From the IMG/VR virus record IMGVR_UViG_3300012347_000482, positions 117,051 through 145,656 of that record: a stretch of DNA of 28,606 nt. The stretch is one strand, 5' to 3'. Positions 8,246-16,468 of the stretch are shown piece by piece. This DNA is from a virus. Its lineage: Duplodnaviria; Heunggongvirae; Uroviricota; Caudoviricetes. Position 1 is the first letter of the stretch; the number at the start of each line of letters is the position of its first letter. A program made the position numbers and the translations under genes. The notes beneath the pieces are model-generated. The model saw only the letters and a list, made by a program, of their open reading frames with translations, did not search any database and had not been told where the DNA came from.

Positions 8246-8424
8246 TGAAAGAATCTACCATTATCGAGGAAAAATCTAATGTGTGGAGAGCATTTCCGGC
8301 CCCAGCAGCAGGTGTTATTAAATTGACAACTGCTGAGAAAGGAAAAATTTTAGCCGGAGTTTCACCTTCCCAACCTGGTGGACCTTCAAGCCCCACAGGA
8401 CCCGGTGCACCGGGCGATTTTTAA
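8245..8424 (+). CDS. Pro/Gly-rich small peptide, candidate precursor 2 (59 aa, not in ORF track)
   Basis: MKESTIIEEKSNVWRAFPAPAAGVIKLTTAEKGKILAGVSPSQPGGPSSPTGPGAPGDF*; TAATG stop/start overlap with the enzyme and AAAGGAG RBS. Confidence 0.82.
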   Translation: MKESTIIEEKSNVWRAFPAPAAGVIKLTTAEKGKILAGVSPSQPGGPSSPTGPGAPGDF

Positions 8425-8451
8425 CGCCAACTAAAATAATTTCTAACTGCA

Positions 8452-8480
8452 TTGACCTCTAGTAATAACTGTTGTATAAT
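8452..8480 (+). promoter_or_regulatory. Sigma70-type promoter
   Basis: TTGACC-17 nt-TATAAT upstream of 8509. Confidence 0.75.
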
Positions 8481-8508
8481 ATATTTTTATTAACAACTTT
8501 TAACTACT

Positions 8509-8889
8509 ATGTCGATGCATATTGAAGGTCCTTGGTTGTCCACTGCAGGCAAATCAAAAACAAAGAAAAAATTTCGCAATGCTGCCGAAGCAAAGCAAGC
8601 TAGAGAATTAGAATCTAGTTGGGCAGAACTTCAAAAAAAGTGGGGCGTTGAAAATAAAGTCAATCGTACTAAATCAACTCCGCTGTCATATAAACTAACT
8701 ACTCCAGTTGGTCGAACCAACACACATGATATTCCTTCGCGCGATACTGGCAGTGTACCTTGTGTTAAAGCTCCGCCTAAAGTATATACCGGAGATAAAA
8801 TGATCGGTATTTCGCAGATGGCAAAATCAAATGCTGTTCCTGTATTTAATACTGATCATATCACAGAAATCGCAAGAATGCGTCGATAA
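8509..8889 (+). CDS. Basic phage hypothetical protein
   Basis: 126 aa behind its own promoter; C-terminal YTGDKMIGISQMAKSNAVPVF block. Confidence 0.75.
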   Translation: MSMHIEGPWLSTAGKSKTKKKFRNAAEAKQARELESSWAELQKKWGVENKVNRTKSTPLSYKLTTPVGRTNTHDIPSRDTGSVPCVKAPPKVYTGDKMIGISQMAKSNAVPVFNTDHITEIARMRR

Positions 8890-8995
8890 AGTCTGTTTTA
8901 TCATCATTTTTTAAAAAATAAGCTATATATTATACGTTTCGCAAAGAAACTAAGATAGTTGGTATAAAAAGATCGCATCAATTTATGCCCGCGAG

Positions 8996-9118
8996 TCTTG
9001 GCCAATGAGAAACCCGTTATTTCGGGAAGCCAGGCTTGCCAAAGGTACAGTGTAAATTCTTGCACTGTGGCTGATGGAGAAGACGTCACGAACTAAGGGT
9101 TCTATTTTTGAGCCTCGT
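8996..9118 (+). ncRNA. Putative structured 5' leader RNA of the cell-wall hydrolase gene
   Basis: GC-richer intergenic stretch with stems CTTGGC/GCCAAAG enclosing CCCG-TTATTT-CGGG, then CAGTGT/GCACTG and GGGTTC/GAGCCT. The G.U pairs favour the + strand. Confidence 0.5.
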
Positions 9119-9176
9119 GGAAGTTTACTCCCTTTAAGTAATGTGTCTAACCGCACACCAATCAAAAGGAGAACAA

Positions 9177-9761
9177 ATGGTTAAATTATTATCACTGACA
9201 TTCATTATCGGTGCAATTATTGTTGCATTGTCAGTATCAGCAAATACAATCCAGCAAGAAAAAGAACTTGCTAATGCATACGAAAATGCTAGAGAATTAA
9301 CAGTATTGCTAGCAAAAAGTAAAAATATAGAAATTGACAGACAAGTGAAGCTCGATGTTGCAACGCAAAAAGAGCAACATTGTTTGGCTAAAAATATTTT
9401 CTACGAAGCAGGAAATGAGTCTGTAAATGGTAAAATTGCTGTTGCTCAAGTAACTGTTCAACGTTCAGAGCATCCTAAATATCCAGATAATATCTGCGAC
9501 GTTGTATACCAAAAAACTGCGGAAATGTGTCAATTTTCGTGGTACTGCGACTTAGCTGTTCAGCAAACAAAGGCGACTATCGGACCAGCATGGGAAGAAA
9601 GTAAACGCATTGCTAAACGAGTTCTAGTCGACGGAGTAAGATTGCCAGAAATTAAAGGAGCACTATTTTATAAAGCAAACTATGCACCTAACGATAGATT
9701 TTGGAACAGCCTTACTCCAGTGGCAACATTAGGGGTACATGTTTTTTACAAAAGACGTTAA
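9177..9761 (+). CDS. SleB/Hydrolase_2-family cell wall hydrolase (lytic transglycosylase)
   Basis: CLAKNIFYEAGNES, VAQVTVQR, YPDNICDVVYQ, CQFSWYCD, GALFY, GVHVFY motifs; N-terminal TM/signal. Start moved to 9177 (AAAAGGAG RBS). Confidence 0.88.
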   Translation: MVKLLSLTFIIGAIIVALSVSANTIQQEKELANAYENARELTVLLAKSKNIEIDRQVKLDVATQKEQHCLAKNIFYEAGNESVNGKIAVAQVTVQRSEHPKYPDNICDVVYQKTAEMCQFSWYCDLAVQQTKATIGPAWEESKRIAKRVLVDGVRLPEIKGALFYKANYAPNDRFWNSLTPVATLGVHVFYKRR

Positions 9762-9823
9762 AATATAGTATGCGATTAACCAACTATCATTTATATACTA
9801 ATTCTCATTTTTAACACACAGGA

Positions 9824-9842
9824 TACCGGCTTCGTGCCGGTA
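9824..9842 (+). terminator. Hairpin between the hydrolase and the 466-aa gene
   Basis: TACCGGC-TTCGT-GCCGGTA; its 3' end overlaps a TAAATA motif. Confidence 0.5.
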
Positions 9843-9852
9843 AATACATATT

Positions 9853-11253
9853 ATGCTATTAGCTTTCTTAACATTTATTTCAGGCATTGCAATTTCAGCA
9901 GTTGCCATTTATTACAGTGTACTCGGTCTTGCCGCAATTTTTGCTGCAGCCGTTGTTCCAATTATAGTCATGGGCTCTATCTTAGAAGTCAGTAAATTAG
10001 TAACCGCCTGGTGGCTTAAACGCAACTGGGGACGAGCACCATTTTTACTAAAAACATACATGCTCACGGCTGTGTTAGTCCTTATGCTTATTACTAGTAT
10101 GGGCATTTTTGGCTTTCTAAGTAAAGCACACGGAGATCAAAGTGTACCAATCGGAGACATTGCTTCGCAAGTTGCAATGCTTGACGATGACATTAAAACA
10201 CGAAAAGATAATATCGAAGTTGCACGTAAATCTCTAATTCAACTAGACAGCCAAGTTAACGAAGTACTAAGTCGAAGTACTGATCAAAATGGAGCTGAAC
10301 GAGCTGGACAAATTCGTAAACGACAAACTATCGAAAGAGAAACCCTACAGAAAGAAATTTCAATTGCACAAGCAGAAATTGTAAAATTAAATCAACAACG
10401 TGCGCCAATTGCAGGTAAACTGCGAGCAGTTGAAGCAGAAGTTGGTCCTATTAAATACATTGCACAACTAATCTACGGCGACTCTCCTGATAAGAATGTT
10501 CTAGAAAAAGCAGTAGTATGGGTTATCATCATTATTGTGTTTGTATTTGACCCGCTAGCTGTATTACTATTGCTATCAAGTCAGTTGAGCTTTCAGTGGG
10601 CATTAATTGAGCGTGAAGAAAAGAAAAAACTTTTAAAAGCATCTCTAGTTAATAAAGACCCAACACCAGTAACTCCAGTAGTACCTGTACCTGTTGTATC
10701 ACCGACTCCAGTTCCTACAGCACCCCAAGAAGTGGTTGCAACTCCTATTACGCAGGAACCAGAAGTTGTACCAACTCCTGCACCAGTCCAAGAACACATC
10801 GCAGTTGCTGATAATAACGTCATTGAGATGGTTAACGATGATAAATTATCAATCGATAAACCTAACGAATTGCCAGTTGTTGATACTGAAGAAGTTTCTA
10901 ATACTGCTGATACCGAATCTGACGACGATGTTATTATCAATAGTGCAGCCGACGAAGCAAAAATTGCAATGGCTACATGGAAATCTGAAAACCCAGATGA
11001 CAGCTTAAAACATCAACGTATCTTGTTTAAACAAGGCTTAATTGACAAACTTCCATGGGAAGAATCACTTAAGCCAGTAGCAGACGAAGAAAACGAAGCT
11101 GCTATCGAAGCTGCCAAATGGGCGCAAGAACAACTCGACTCGTCTAAAAAAAAAGTAAATAGTCCTAAAACTAAATCAATTTCGTACATACAAAATGCCG
11201 AACAGTCAAATGACACAATTTGGCAACGTGTTAAGAAATCTAAAGGTGAATAA
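9853..11253 (+). CDS. Membrane protein: N-terminal TM helices, coiled coil, fourth TM, Pro/Val-rich linker, acidic tail
   Basis: Three hydrophobic segments, a heptad-like region, WVIIIIVFVFDPLAVLLLL, then PTPVTPVVPVPVVSPTPVPTAP. Confidence 0.8.
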   Translation: MLLAFLTFISGIAISAVAIYYSVLGLAAIFAAAVVPIIVMGSILEVSKLVTAWWLKRNWGRAPFLLKTYMLTAVLVLMLITSMGIFGFLSKAHGDQSVPIGDIASQVAMLDDDIKTRKDNIEVARKSLIQLDSQVNEVLSRSTDQNGAERAGQIRKRQTIERETLQKEISIAQAEIVKLNQQRAPIAGKLRAVEAEVGPIKYIAQLIYGDSPDKNVLEKAVVWVIIIIVFVFDPLAVLLLLSSQLSFQWALIEREEKKKLLKASLVNKDPTPVTPVVPVPVVSPTPVPTAPQEVVATPITQEPEVVPTPAPVQEHIAVADNNVIEMVNDDKLSIDKPNELPVVDTEEVSNTADTESDDDVIINSAADEAKIAMATWKSENPDDSLKHQRILFKQGLIDKLPWEESLKPVADEENEAAIEAAKWAQEQLDSSKKKVNSPKTKSISYIQNAEQSNDTIWQRVKKSKGE

Positions 11254-11637
11254 ATGGATCAAGTGTTACTCGTATCATCACCGGACGATGTAGCATTGGA
11301 AGGAGTTAGACTACTAATTGTAGGCCTAACTCCCGAACAAAGCAACATTGTATCTTCAGCATTAACATCGTTAGAAACTATACCGCGAGTTATCTTATAT
11401 GTTTGGAATGAAGAGGAACCTATTGCGTGGTTAACTGACAAAATATATAAAAGTCAAACAACTATATTTAATGCCGACAGTGTAGATCAGACACTAGTCG
11501 GCTATCTTGCAGGTCGTCAATCGTCGTATTATTTCGGTACGCTAAAGTCGTTAAGCCAAATAAATAATTCTGTAATTTTCGATGTTGATACATGCCAGCA
11601 GGTACTAATCAACATATTCAACAAATACAAAGCATAA
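11254..11637 (+). CDS. Hypothetical protein
   Basis: 127 aa, coupled to the previous gene (TAAATG, AAAGGTG RBS). Confidence 0.7.
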   Translation: MDQVLLVSSPDDVALEGVRLLIVGLTPEQSNIVSSALTSLETIPRVILYVWNEEEPIAWLTDKIYKSQTTIFNADSVDQTLVGYLAGRQSSYYFGTLKSLSQINNSVIFDVDTCQQVLINIFNKYKA

Positions 11638-11661
11638 TTATACAAAAAGAATATATTAGTA

Positions 11662-11690
11662 TTGACATTGCCATTTTTCTACGCTATAAT
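11662..11690 (+). promoter_or_regulatory. Sigma70-type promoter
   Basis: TTGACA-17 nt-TATAAT, perfect consensus. Confidence 0.88.
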
Positions 11691-11718
11691 ATAGCTTAAC
11701 TTTAGAAAGATAAGAACA

Positions 11719-12303
11719 ATGGCAAATACTCATATTATGATCGACTTGGAAACATTAGATGTTACCCCAACGGCAACAATTTTAACGATTGGTGCCGTTA
11801 AATTTGATCCGTTCGGCGACGAACTCAATGATCCTAAATGCGATAAATTTTATGTTCGCGTAGATGTTGACAGCTGCGATGCACTCGGATGCACTGTTTC
11901 TCAATCTACACTCGACTGGTGGGCTCAGCAGAGTGCTGCCGCACAAGAAGAAGCATTTGACCCAGAAAATCGAATTTCAATTCAAGATGCAATGGCACAA
12001 CTATACAAGTTCTCGTGGGGTGCTAAACGAGTTTGGAGTCATGGTGCAGGGTTTGATATTCCAATTTGCGAAAATCTCTATAGGAAAATCGGTAAAGCAA
12101 TTCCTTGGGCATTCTGGGATGTTCGAGACACTAGAACGTTATTCGATATCGGCATTAACCCTACTCGCCCTCCTGTGTTAAAACATCATGCATTAGAAGA
12201 TGCATGGAATCAAGCAGTAGGTGTTCAAAATGTGTACCGTACACTACGAGGTTCAACTATGATGAACGGCTCGTACATTTCCCCATTAATCAGCGAAAAA
12301 TAA
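11719..12303 (+). CDS. DEDDh 3'-5' exo(ribo)nuclease (Rv2179c-like)
   Basis: IMIDLETL (ExoI), WSHGAGFD (ExoII), RDTRT, HHALEDA (ExoIII). Confidence 0.85.
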   Translation: MANTHIMIDLETLDVTPTATILTIGAVKFDPFGDELNDPKCDKFYVRVDVDSCDALGCTVSQSTLDWWAQQSAAAQEEAFDPENRISIQDAMAQLYKFSWGAKRVWSHGAGFDIPICENLYRKIGKAIPWAFWDVRDTRTLFDIGINPTRPPVLKHHALEDAWNQAVGVQNVYRTLRGSTMMNGSYISPLISEK

Positions 12304-12363
12304 TTATCAAGTTTTTTCTCAACTTGATAAATAAATTTGTTAATACTTCTATAGGTTAACAAA

Positions 12364-12405
12364 GAGCATAGTGCTCAACAAAAATAGATCTTACTTTTAA
12401 GGAGA
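12364..12405 (+). promoter_or_regulatory. Shared heat-shock-gene leader element (copy at dnaK)
   Basis: GAGCATAGTGCTCA hairpin, then TCTTACTTTTAAGGAGA over the SD; also present before hsp20. Confidence 0.65.
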
Positions 12406-12410
12406 TAAAC

Positions 12411-14288
12411 ATGTCAAAGATCATCGGTATTGATTTAGGTACTACCAATTCCTGCGTTGCTGTTATTGAAAACGGCGTTCCAAAAATTATCGAAAATAGC
12501 GAAGGTGCTCGTACTACACCAAGCATCGTTGCATACACAAATGACGAAATTCTAGTCGGTGCTAGTGCTAAGCGTCAAGCTGTAACAAATCCCAAAAATA
12601 CAATTTATGCTGCTAAGCGATTGATCGGTCGCAAGTTTAAAGAAGATGCTGTACAAAAAGACATCGGATTAATGCCGTATGTAATTACGGAATCTTCAAA
12701 TGGTGATGCTTGGATTAAAGCATCTGATCGAGAGTTAGCTCCCCCTCAAGTATCTGCAGAAGTTCTTCGCAAAATGAAAAAAACTGCTGAAGATTATTTA
12801 GGAGAAGAAGTAACTCAAGCAGTAATTACAGTACCGGCATATTTTAATGATAGCCAAAGACAAGCTACTAAAGATGCAGGTAAAATTGCAGGGTTAGAAG
12901 TACTGCGAATTATTAATGAACCAACAGCAGCAGCATTGGCTTATGGTGTTGATAAACAAGACAAAGCAGATCGTAAAATTGCAGTATACGACTTAGGTGG
13001 AGGTACCTTTGACGTTAGCATTATTGAAATTGCAAATGTCGACGGTGAGAAGCAAATCGAAGTACTTTCAACTAACGGTGATACATTTTTAGGCGGTGAA
13101 GACTTTGATCAACGCATTATGGATTTCTTAGTTGAAGAATTCAAGAAAGATAACGGCATTGACTTAACTAAAGACGGACTAGCGTTGCAACGATTAAAAG
13201 ATTCTGCAGAAAAAGCAAAGATTGAATTATCAAGCTCTGCTCAAACAGAAGTTAATCTACCGTATATTACTGCTGATGCAAGCGGTCCTAAACATTTAGT
13301 AGTTAAATTAACTCGAAGCAAACTAGAAAGCTTAGTAGACGAACTTGTAAGTCGCAGTATTGCTCCTTGTAAAACTGCAATGAAAGATGCCGGAGTTACT
13401 GCTAATGATATCGACGAAGTTATCTTAGTAGGCGGCATGACTCGTATGCCTAAAGTTCAAGAAGCCGTTGAAAAATTATTTGGTAAAGCACCACGTAAAG
13501 ATGTTAATCCAGACGAAGCAGTAGCTGCTGGTGCTGCAGTTCAAGGTGCTGTACTAGGTGGTGATCGTAAAGATGTGTTATTGTTAGACGTAACTCCGTT
13601 AAGTTTAGGTATCGAAACATTAGGTGGAGTAATGACTAAGCTAATTCAGAAAAACACAACTATTCCATCTAAAGCTAGCCAAACATTTAGTACTGCTGAA
13701 GACAATCAACCTGCTGTAACTATTAAAGCATTCCAAGGCGAGCGTGAGTTAGTTCAACATAATAAATTATTAGGTGAGTTTAATTTAGAAGGAATTGCTC
13801 CTGCTCGCCGAGGACAGCCGCAAATCGAAGTCACATTTGATATTGATGCAAACGGTATTATGCATATTTCTGCCAAAGATAAAACTACTGGTAAGGAAAA
13901 TAAAATTACTATTAAGAGTAATAGCGGCTTAACTGATGCCGAGATTCAAACTATGATTCGCGAAGCTGAAGAAAATGCAGAAGCTGATAAGAAAGCTCGT
14001 TCATTAATTGATGCTCGTAATTCAGCAGAAGCACAACTGCACGAAGTTCGTAAAGATATTGCCGAGTATGGCAATCAATTATCAGTTAGCGAAAAAGCAG
14101 AATTAGACGAAGTGATTGCATCTGTTGAAGAAGTTGTTAAGGGCGACGATGCTGACAAAATCACCGAAGCTCTAAATAAAGTATATCCAGCAATGGCTGT
14201 ATTATTAGAGAAAAAGCAAGCTGCTGAACAAGCAAATCAGACGACTGATAATGTAGTTGACGCAGAAGTTAAAGATTCTACTAGTTAA
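12411..14288 (+). CDS. dnaK: Hsp70 chaperone DnaK
   Basis: [52 protein letters not shown], terminal VVDAE; Betaproteobacteria-like [13 protein letters not shown]. Confidence 0.98.
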   Translation: MSKIIGIDLGTTNSCVAVIENGVPKIIENSEGARTTPSIVAYTNDEILVGASAKRQAVTNPKNTIYAAKRLIGRKFKEDAVQKDIGLMPYVITESSNGDAWIKASDRELAPPQVSAEVLRKMKKTAEDYLGEEVTQAVITVPAYFNDSQRQATKDAGKIAGLEVLRIINEPTAAALAYGVDKQDKADRKIAVYDLGGGTFDVSIIEIANVDGEKQIEVLSTNGDTFLGGEDFDQRIMDFLVEEFKKDNGIDLTKDGLALQRLKDSAEKAKIELSSSAQTEVNLPYITADASGPKHLVVKLTRSKLESLVDELVSRSIAPCKTAMKDAGVTANDIDEVILVGGMTRMPKVQEAVEKLFGKAPRKDVNPDEAVAAGAAVQGAVLGGDRKDVLLLDVTPLSLGIETLGGVMTKLIQKNTTIPSKASQTFSTAEDNQPAVTIKAFQGERELVQHNKLLGEFNLEGIAPARRGQPQIEVTFDIDANGIMHISAKDKTTGKENKITIKSNSGLTDAEIQTMIREAEENAEADKKARSLIDARNSAEAQLHEVRKDIAEYGNQLSVSEKAELDEVIASVEEVVKGDDADKITEALNKVYPAMAVLLEKKQAAEQANQTTDNVVDAEVKDSTS

Positions 14289-14294
14289 TTAGTA

Positions 14295-14317
14295 AAATAG
14301 GGGCAACGCCCCTATTT
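14295..14317 (+). terminator. Terminator after dnaK
   Basis: AAATAGGGGC-AAC-GCCCCTATTT. Confidence 0.85.
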
Positions 14318-14381
14318 ACAATGCATGAATTTTATTGTATAATAACTATATGTTTGCAAATACTGTTAAGGTTTGCAAATC

Positions 14382-14412
14382 GAGCATAGTGCTCATTCTT
14401 ACTTTAAGGAGA
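14382..14412 (+). promoter_or_regulatory. Shared heat-shock-gene leader element (copy at hsp20)
   Basis: GAGCATAGTGCTCA-TTCTTACTTTAAGGAGA. Confidence 0.65.
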
Positions 14413-14417
14413 AAATT

Positions 14418-14855
14418 ATGAATAATCAAATGTTAAAAGCAGATAAATTAGATGCAATCAATCGTATGCTAGTTGGTTTCGACTCTATGTTTACAAATTT
14501 AGAAAATCGATATAATATTACATCGCCAACTAATTACCCGCCTCATAATTTATTAAAACTCACTGATAATCTATACGAAATTCAACTTGCAGTTACTGGT
14601 TTTGAAAAAGACGAAATTCATGTTGAAGTTGATAACAATATATTAACTATCAAAGGGAATAGGGAACACAAAGATGAATGCGAATACATTCACAGAGGGT
14701 TATCTACTAAAGATTTCACAAGAGCATTTCCTCTTGCTGAATTTATAGAAGTTCGTAACGCAACTATTAAAAACGGTCTACTGATTATTAGTATCGTTAG
14801 GAATATACCCGAAGCTAAGAAGCCTCGTATTGTTGATATTATCGAAGTTAAATAA
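14418..14855 (+). CDS. hsp20: Small heat-shock protein (Hsp20/IbpA family)
   Basis: NYPPHN, LAVTGF, YIHRGLS, FTRAFPLAE, NGLLII, KKPRIVDI. Start moved to the ATG at 14418 behind AAGGAG. Confidence 0.94.
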   Translation: MNNQMLKADKLDAINRMLVGFDSMFTNLENRYNITSPTNYPPHNLLKLTDNLYEIQLAVTGFEKDEIHVEVDNNILTIKGNREHKDECEYIHRGLSTKDFTRAFPLAEFIEVRNATIKNGLLIISIVRNIPEAKKPRIVDIIEVK

Positions 14856-14896
14856 CCCCCGGGGGAGAAATCCCCTTAAACTAAGGAAAGAAAAAT

Positions 14897-15196
14897 ATGT
14901 CTACTGACGTTAAGATTAGCAATAAAGTCGCTGTTGCTGTAAAACCACCAGGTATGTGGAAAGTAATTTTGTTAAATGACGATCATACTCCTATGGATTT
15001 CGTTATATCGCTGTTAACTGATATTTTTAAACACAGCGTATCATCGGCAACTGATGTAACTCTCGACATACATAATACAGGAAGCGGTATTGCTGGTGTT
15101 TATAGTCATGAAGTTGCAGAACAACGAGGCATTGACGCATCACATCTTGCAAAAGAACACAATTATCCATTACAAATAATGGTCGAAGAAGAATAA
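14897..15196 (+). CDS. clpS: Clp protease adaptor ClpS
   Basis: WKVILLNDDHTPMDFV and IHNTGSGIAGVY motifs. Confidence 0.92.
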   Translation: MSTDVKISNKVAVAVKPPGMWKVILLNDDHTPMDFVISLLTDIFKHSVSSATDVTLDIHNTGSGIAGVYSHEVAEQRGIDASHLAKEHNYPLQIMVEEE

Positions 15197-15202
15197 CACA
15201 CT

Positions 15203-15229
15203 AAAGCCATTAAAATTAATGGCTTTTTT
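15203..15229 (+). terminator. Terminator after clpS
   Basis: AAAGCCATTA-AAAT-TAATGGCTTT plus T-run. Confidence 0.75.
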
Positions 15230-15249
15230 ATTAATATTAAATAATTATT

Positions 15250-15795
15250 ATGAGCTTAAAAGAAATTACCAAAGATTTACATCACGAAGCAGAAACAACT
15301 CAATTTGCTAAACTCCTACTAAGTGGGAAGATTAGCAAAGAAGATTATGCAAACTACTTATATCAACTTTTGCTAGTATATCCGTTAATCGAAAATGGTA
15401 ATAAATTGCTAGGAAACTTAACTAACTTAGCCGGAATTGAAAGATCGGCTGCGATTTTAGATGATTTTGTAGAAATTGCAGGAAACTCGTATACAGCTAC
15501 ATGGCTACCGACTACAATTTCATATCATAACTATTTGTTAGAATTAATAAACGATCCTAGCAGACGACATTTAATCAAAGCGCATATGTATTGTCGACAT
15601 ATGGGAGACTTGTATGGCGGTCAAATTATTAAAAAACAAGTTGCAAGTATTAGCTCTGGTAACTTTTACATATTTAAAAATGCAGAAGCATTGCGAGCTG
15701 CTATTCGATCAGAACTAACTGACGACTTAGGCGATGAAGCTAAAATTGCGTTTGAATGGGCAATTAAAATGATGAAAGAGTTGTATAATGAGTAA
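15250..15795 (+). CDS. Heme oxygenase (biliverdin-forming)
   Basis: LKEITKDLHHEAE (proximal His) and AHMYCRHMGDLYGGQII distal-helix motif. Confidence 0.9.
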   Translation: MSLKEITKDLHHEAETTQFAKLLLSGKISKEDYANYLYQLLLVYPLIENGNKLLGNLTNLAGIERSAAILDDFVEIAGNSYTATWLPTTISYHNYLLELINDPSRRHLIKAHMYCRHMGDLYGGQIIKKQVASISSGNFYIFKNAEALRAAIRSELTDDLGDEAKIAFEWAIKMMKELYNE

Positions 15796-16468
15796 TGTTT
15801 GGGATACGCTAATAGAAATTCGAGATATGTTTATTAGCGAGTTTAATAATACTGGTACCGAAGTGTATGAATCGGGTATGGAACAGTTTAATAAAGACAA
15901 CTGGATTAATCGTACATGGGAGTCAACGTCTTACAGACGTGCGCATTTAGATGTAGTAGATGCTCGATCATCTAAAGGGTTATTAATGATGCATTGCTGT
16001 ATCTTCCCACATACACATAATTCTGCTCCTATCTTTGGGTTTGATATTATTGCTGGCAAGAATAAAATTACTGGTTGCTTTTATGACTACAGTCCTACAA
16101 CAGATAAAAATCATCCACTATGCGAATGGTTTGCATACGAAGCAAGCCAGTTAGAATGGATTAAATCTCGTAAGCTGCCAGATTGGGCAACTAGAATTTT
16201 TAGCAATAGCATCATTGCTGCAGGCAATGTTAGCAAAGAAGAAGAGTTAGAACAAATTCTTGCTATGGCAAAAGAAGGAATTTCTGTATACTTAACTAGT
16301 GTTGGCGATACTAATAATGTCATAGAGGATTGTACCAACGAACAAAATTACTACTGCGAAAATCAAAAACAAAATCCACATACTGCAAAAGTTATGATTA
16401 GTTTAGGACTTAGCGAAGTTGATGTACACTCTTTTGTACAAGACTGTTTATTTCCAGAGATTAAATAA
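15788..16468 (+). CDS. Ferredoxin-dependent bilin reductase (PcyA/PcyX-like)
   Basis: RRAHLDVV, MMHCCIFP (His), PIFGFD (Asp), DYSP, PDWATRIFS, YCENQKQNPHT; overlaps the heme oxygenase gene. Confidence 0.85.
   Translation: MSNVWDTLIEIRDMFISEFNNTGTEVYESGMEQFNKDNWINRTWESTSYRRAHLDVVDARSSKGLLMMHCCIFPHTHNSAPIFGFDIIAGKNKITGCFYDYSPTTDKNHPLCEWFAYEASQLEWIKSRKLPDWATRIFSNSIIAAGNVSKEEELEQILAMAKEGISVYLTSVGDTNNVIEDCTNEQNYYCENQKQNPHTAKVMISLGLSEVDVHSFVQDCLFPEIK

Noticed and set aside
8996-9118. c-di-AMP (ydaO) or c-di-GMP riboswitch assignment
   Set aside because: Only CCTCGT resembles the ydaO 3' end, and the core consensus elements are missing. Kept only as an unassigned structured leader.
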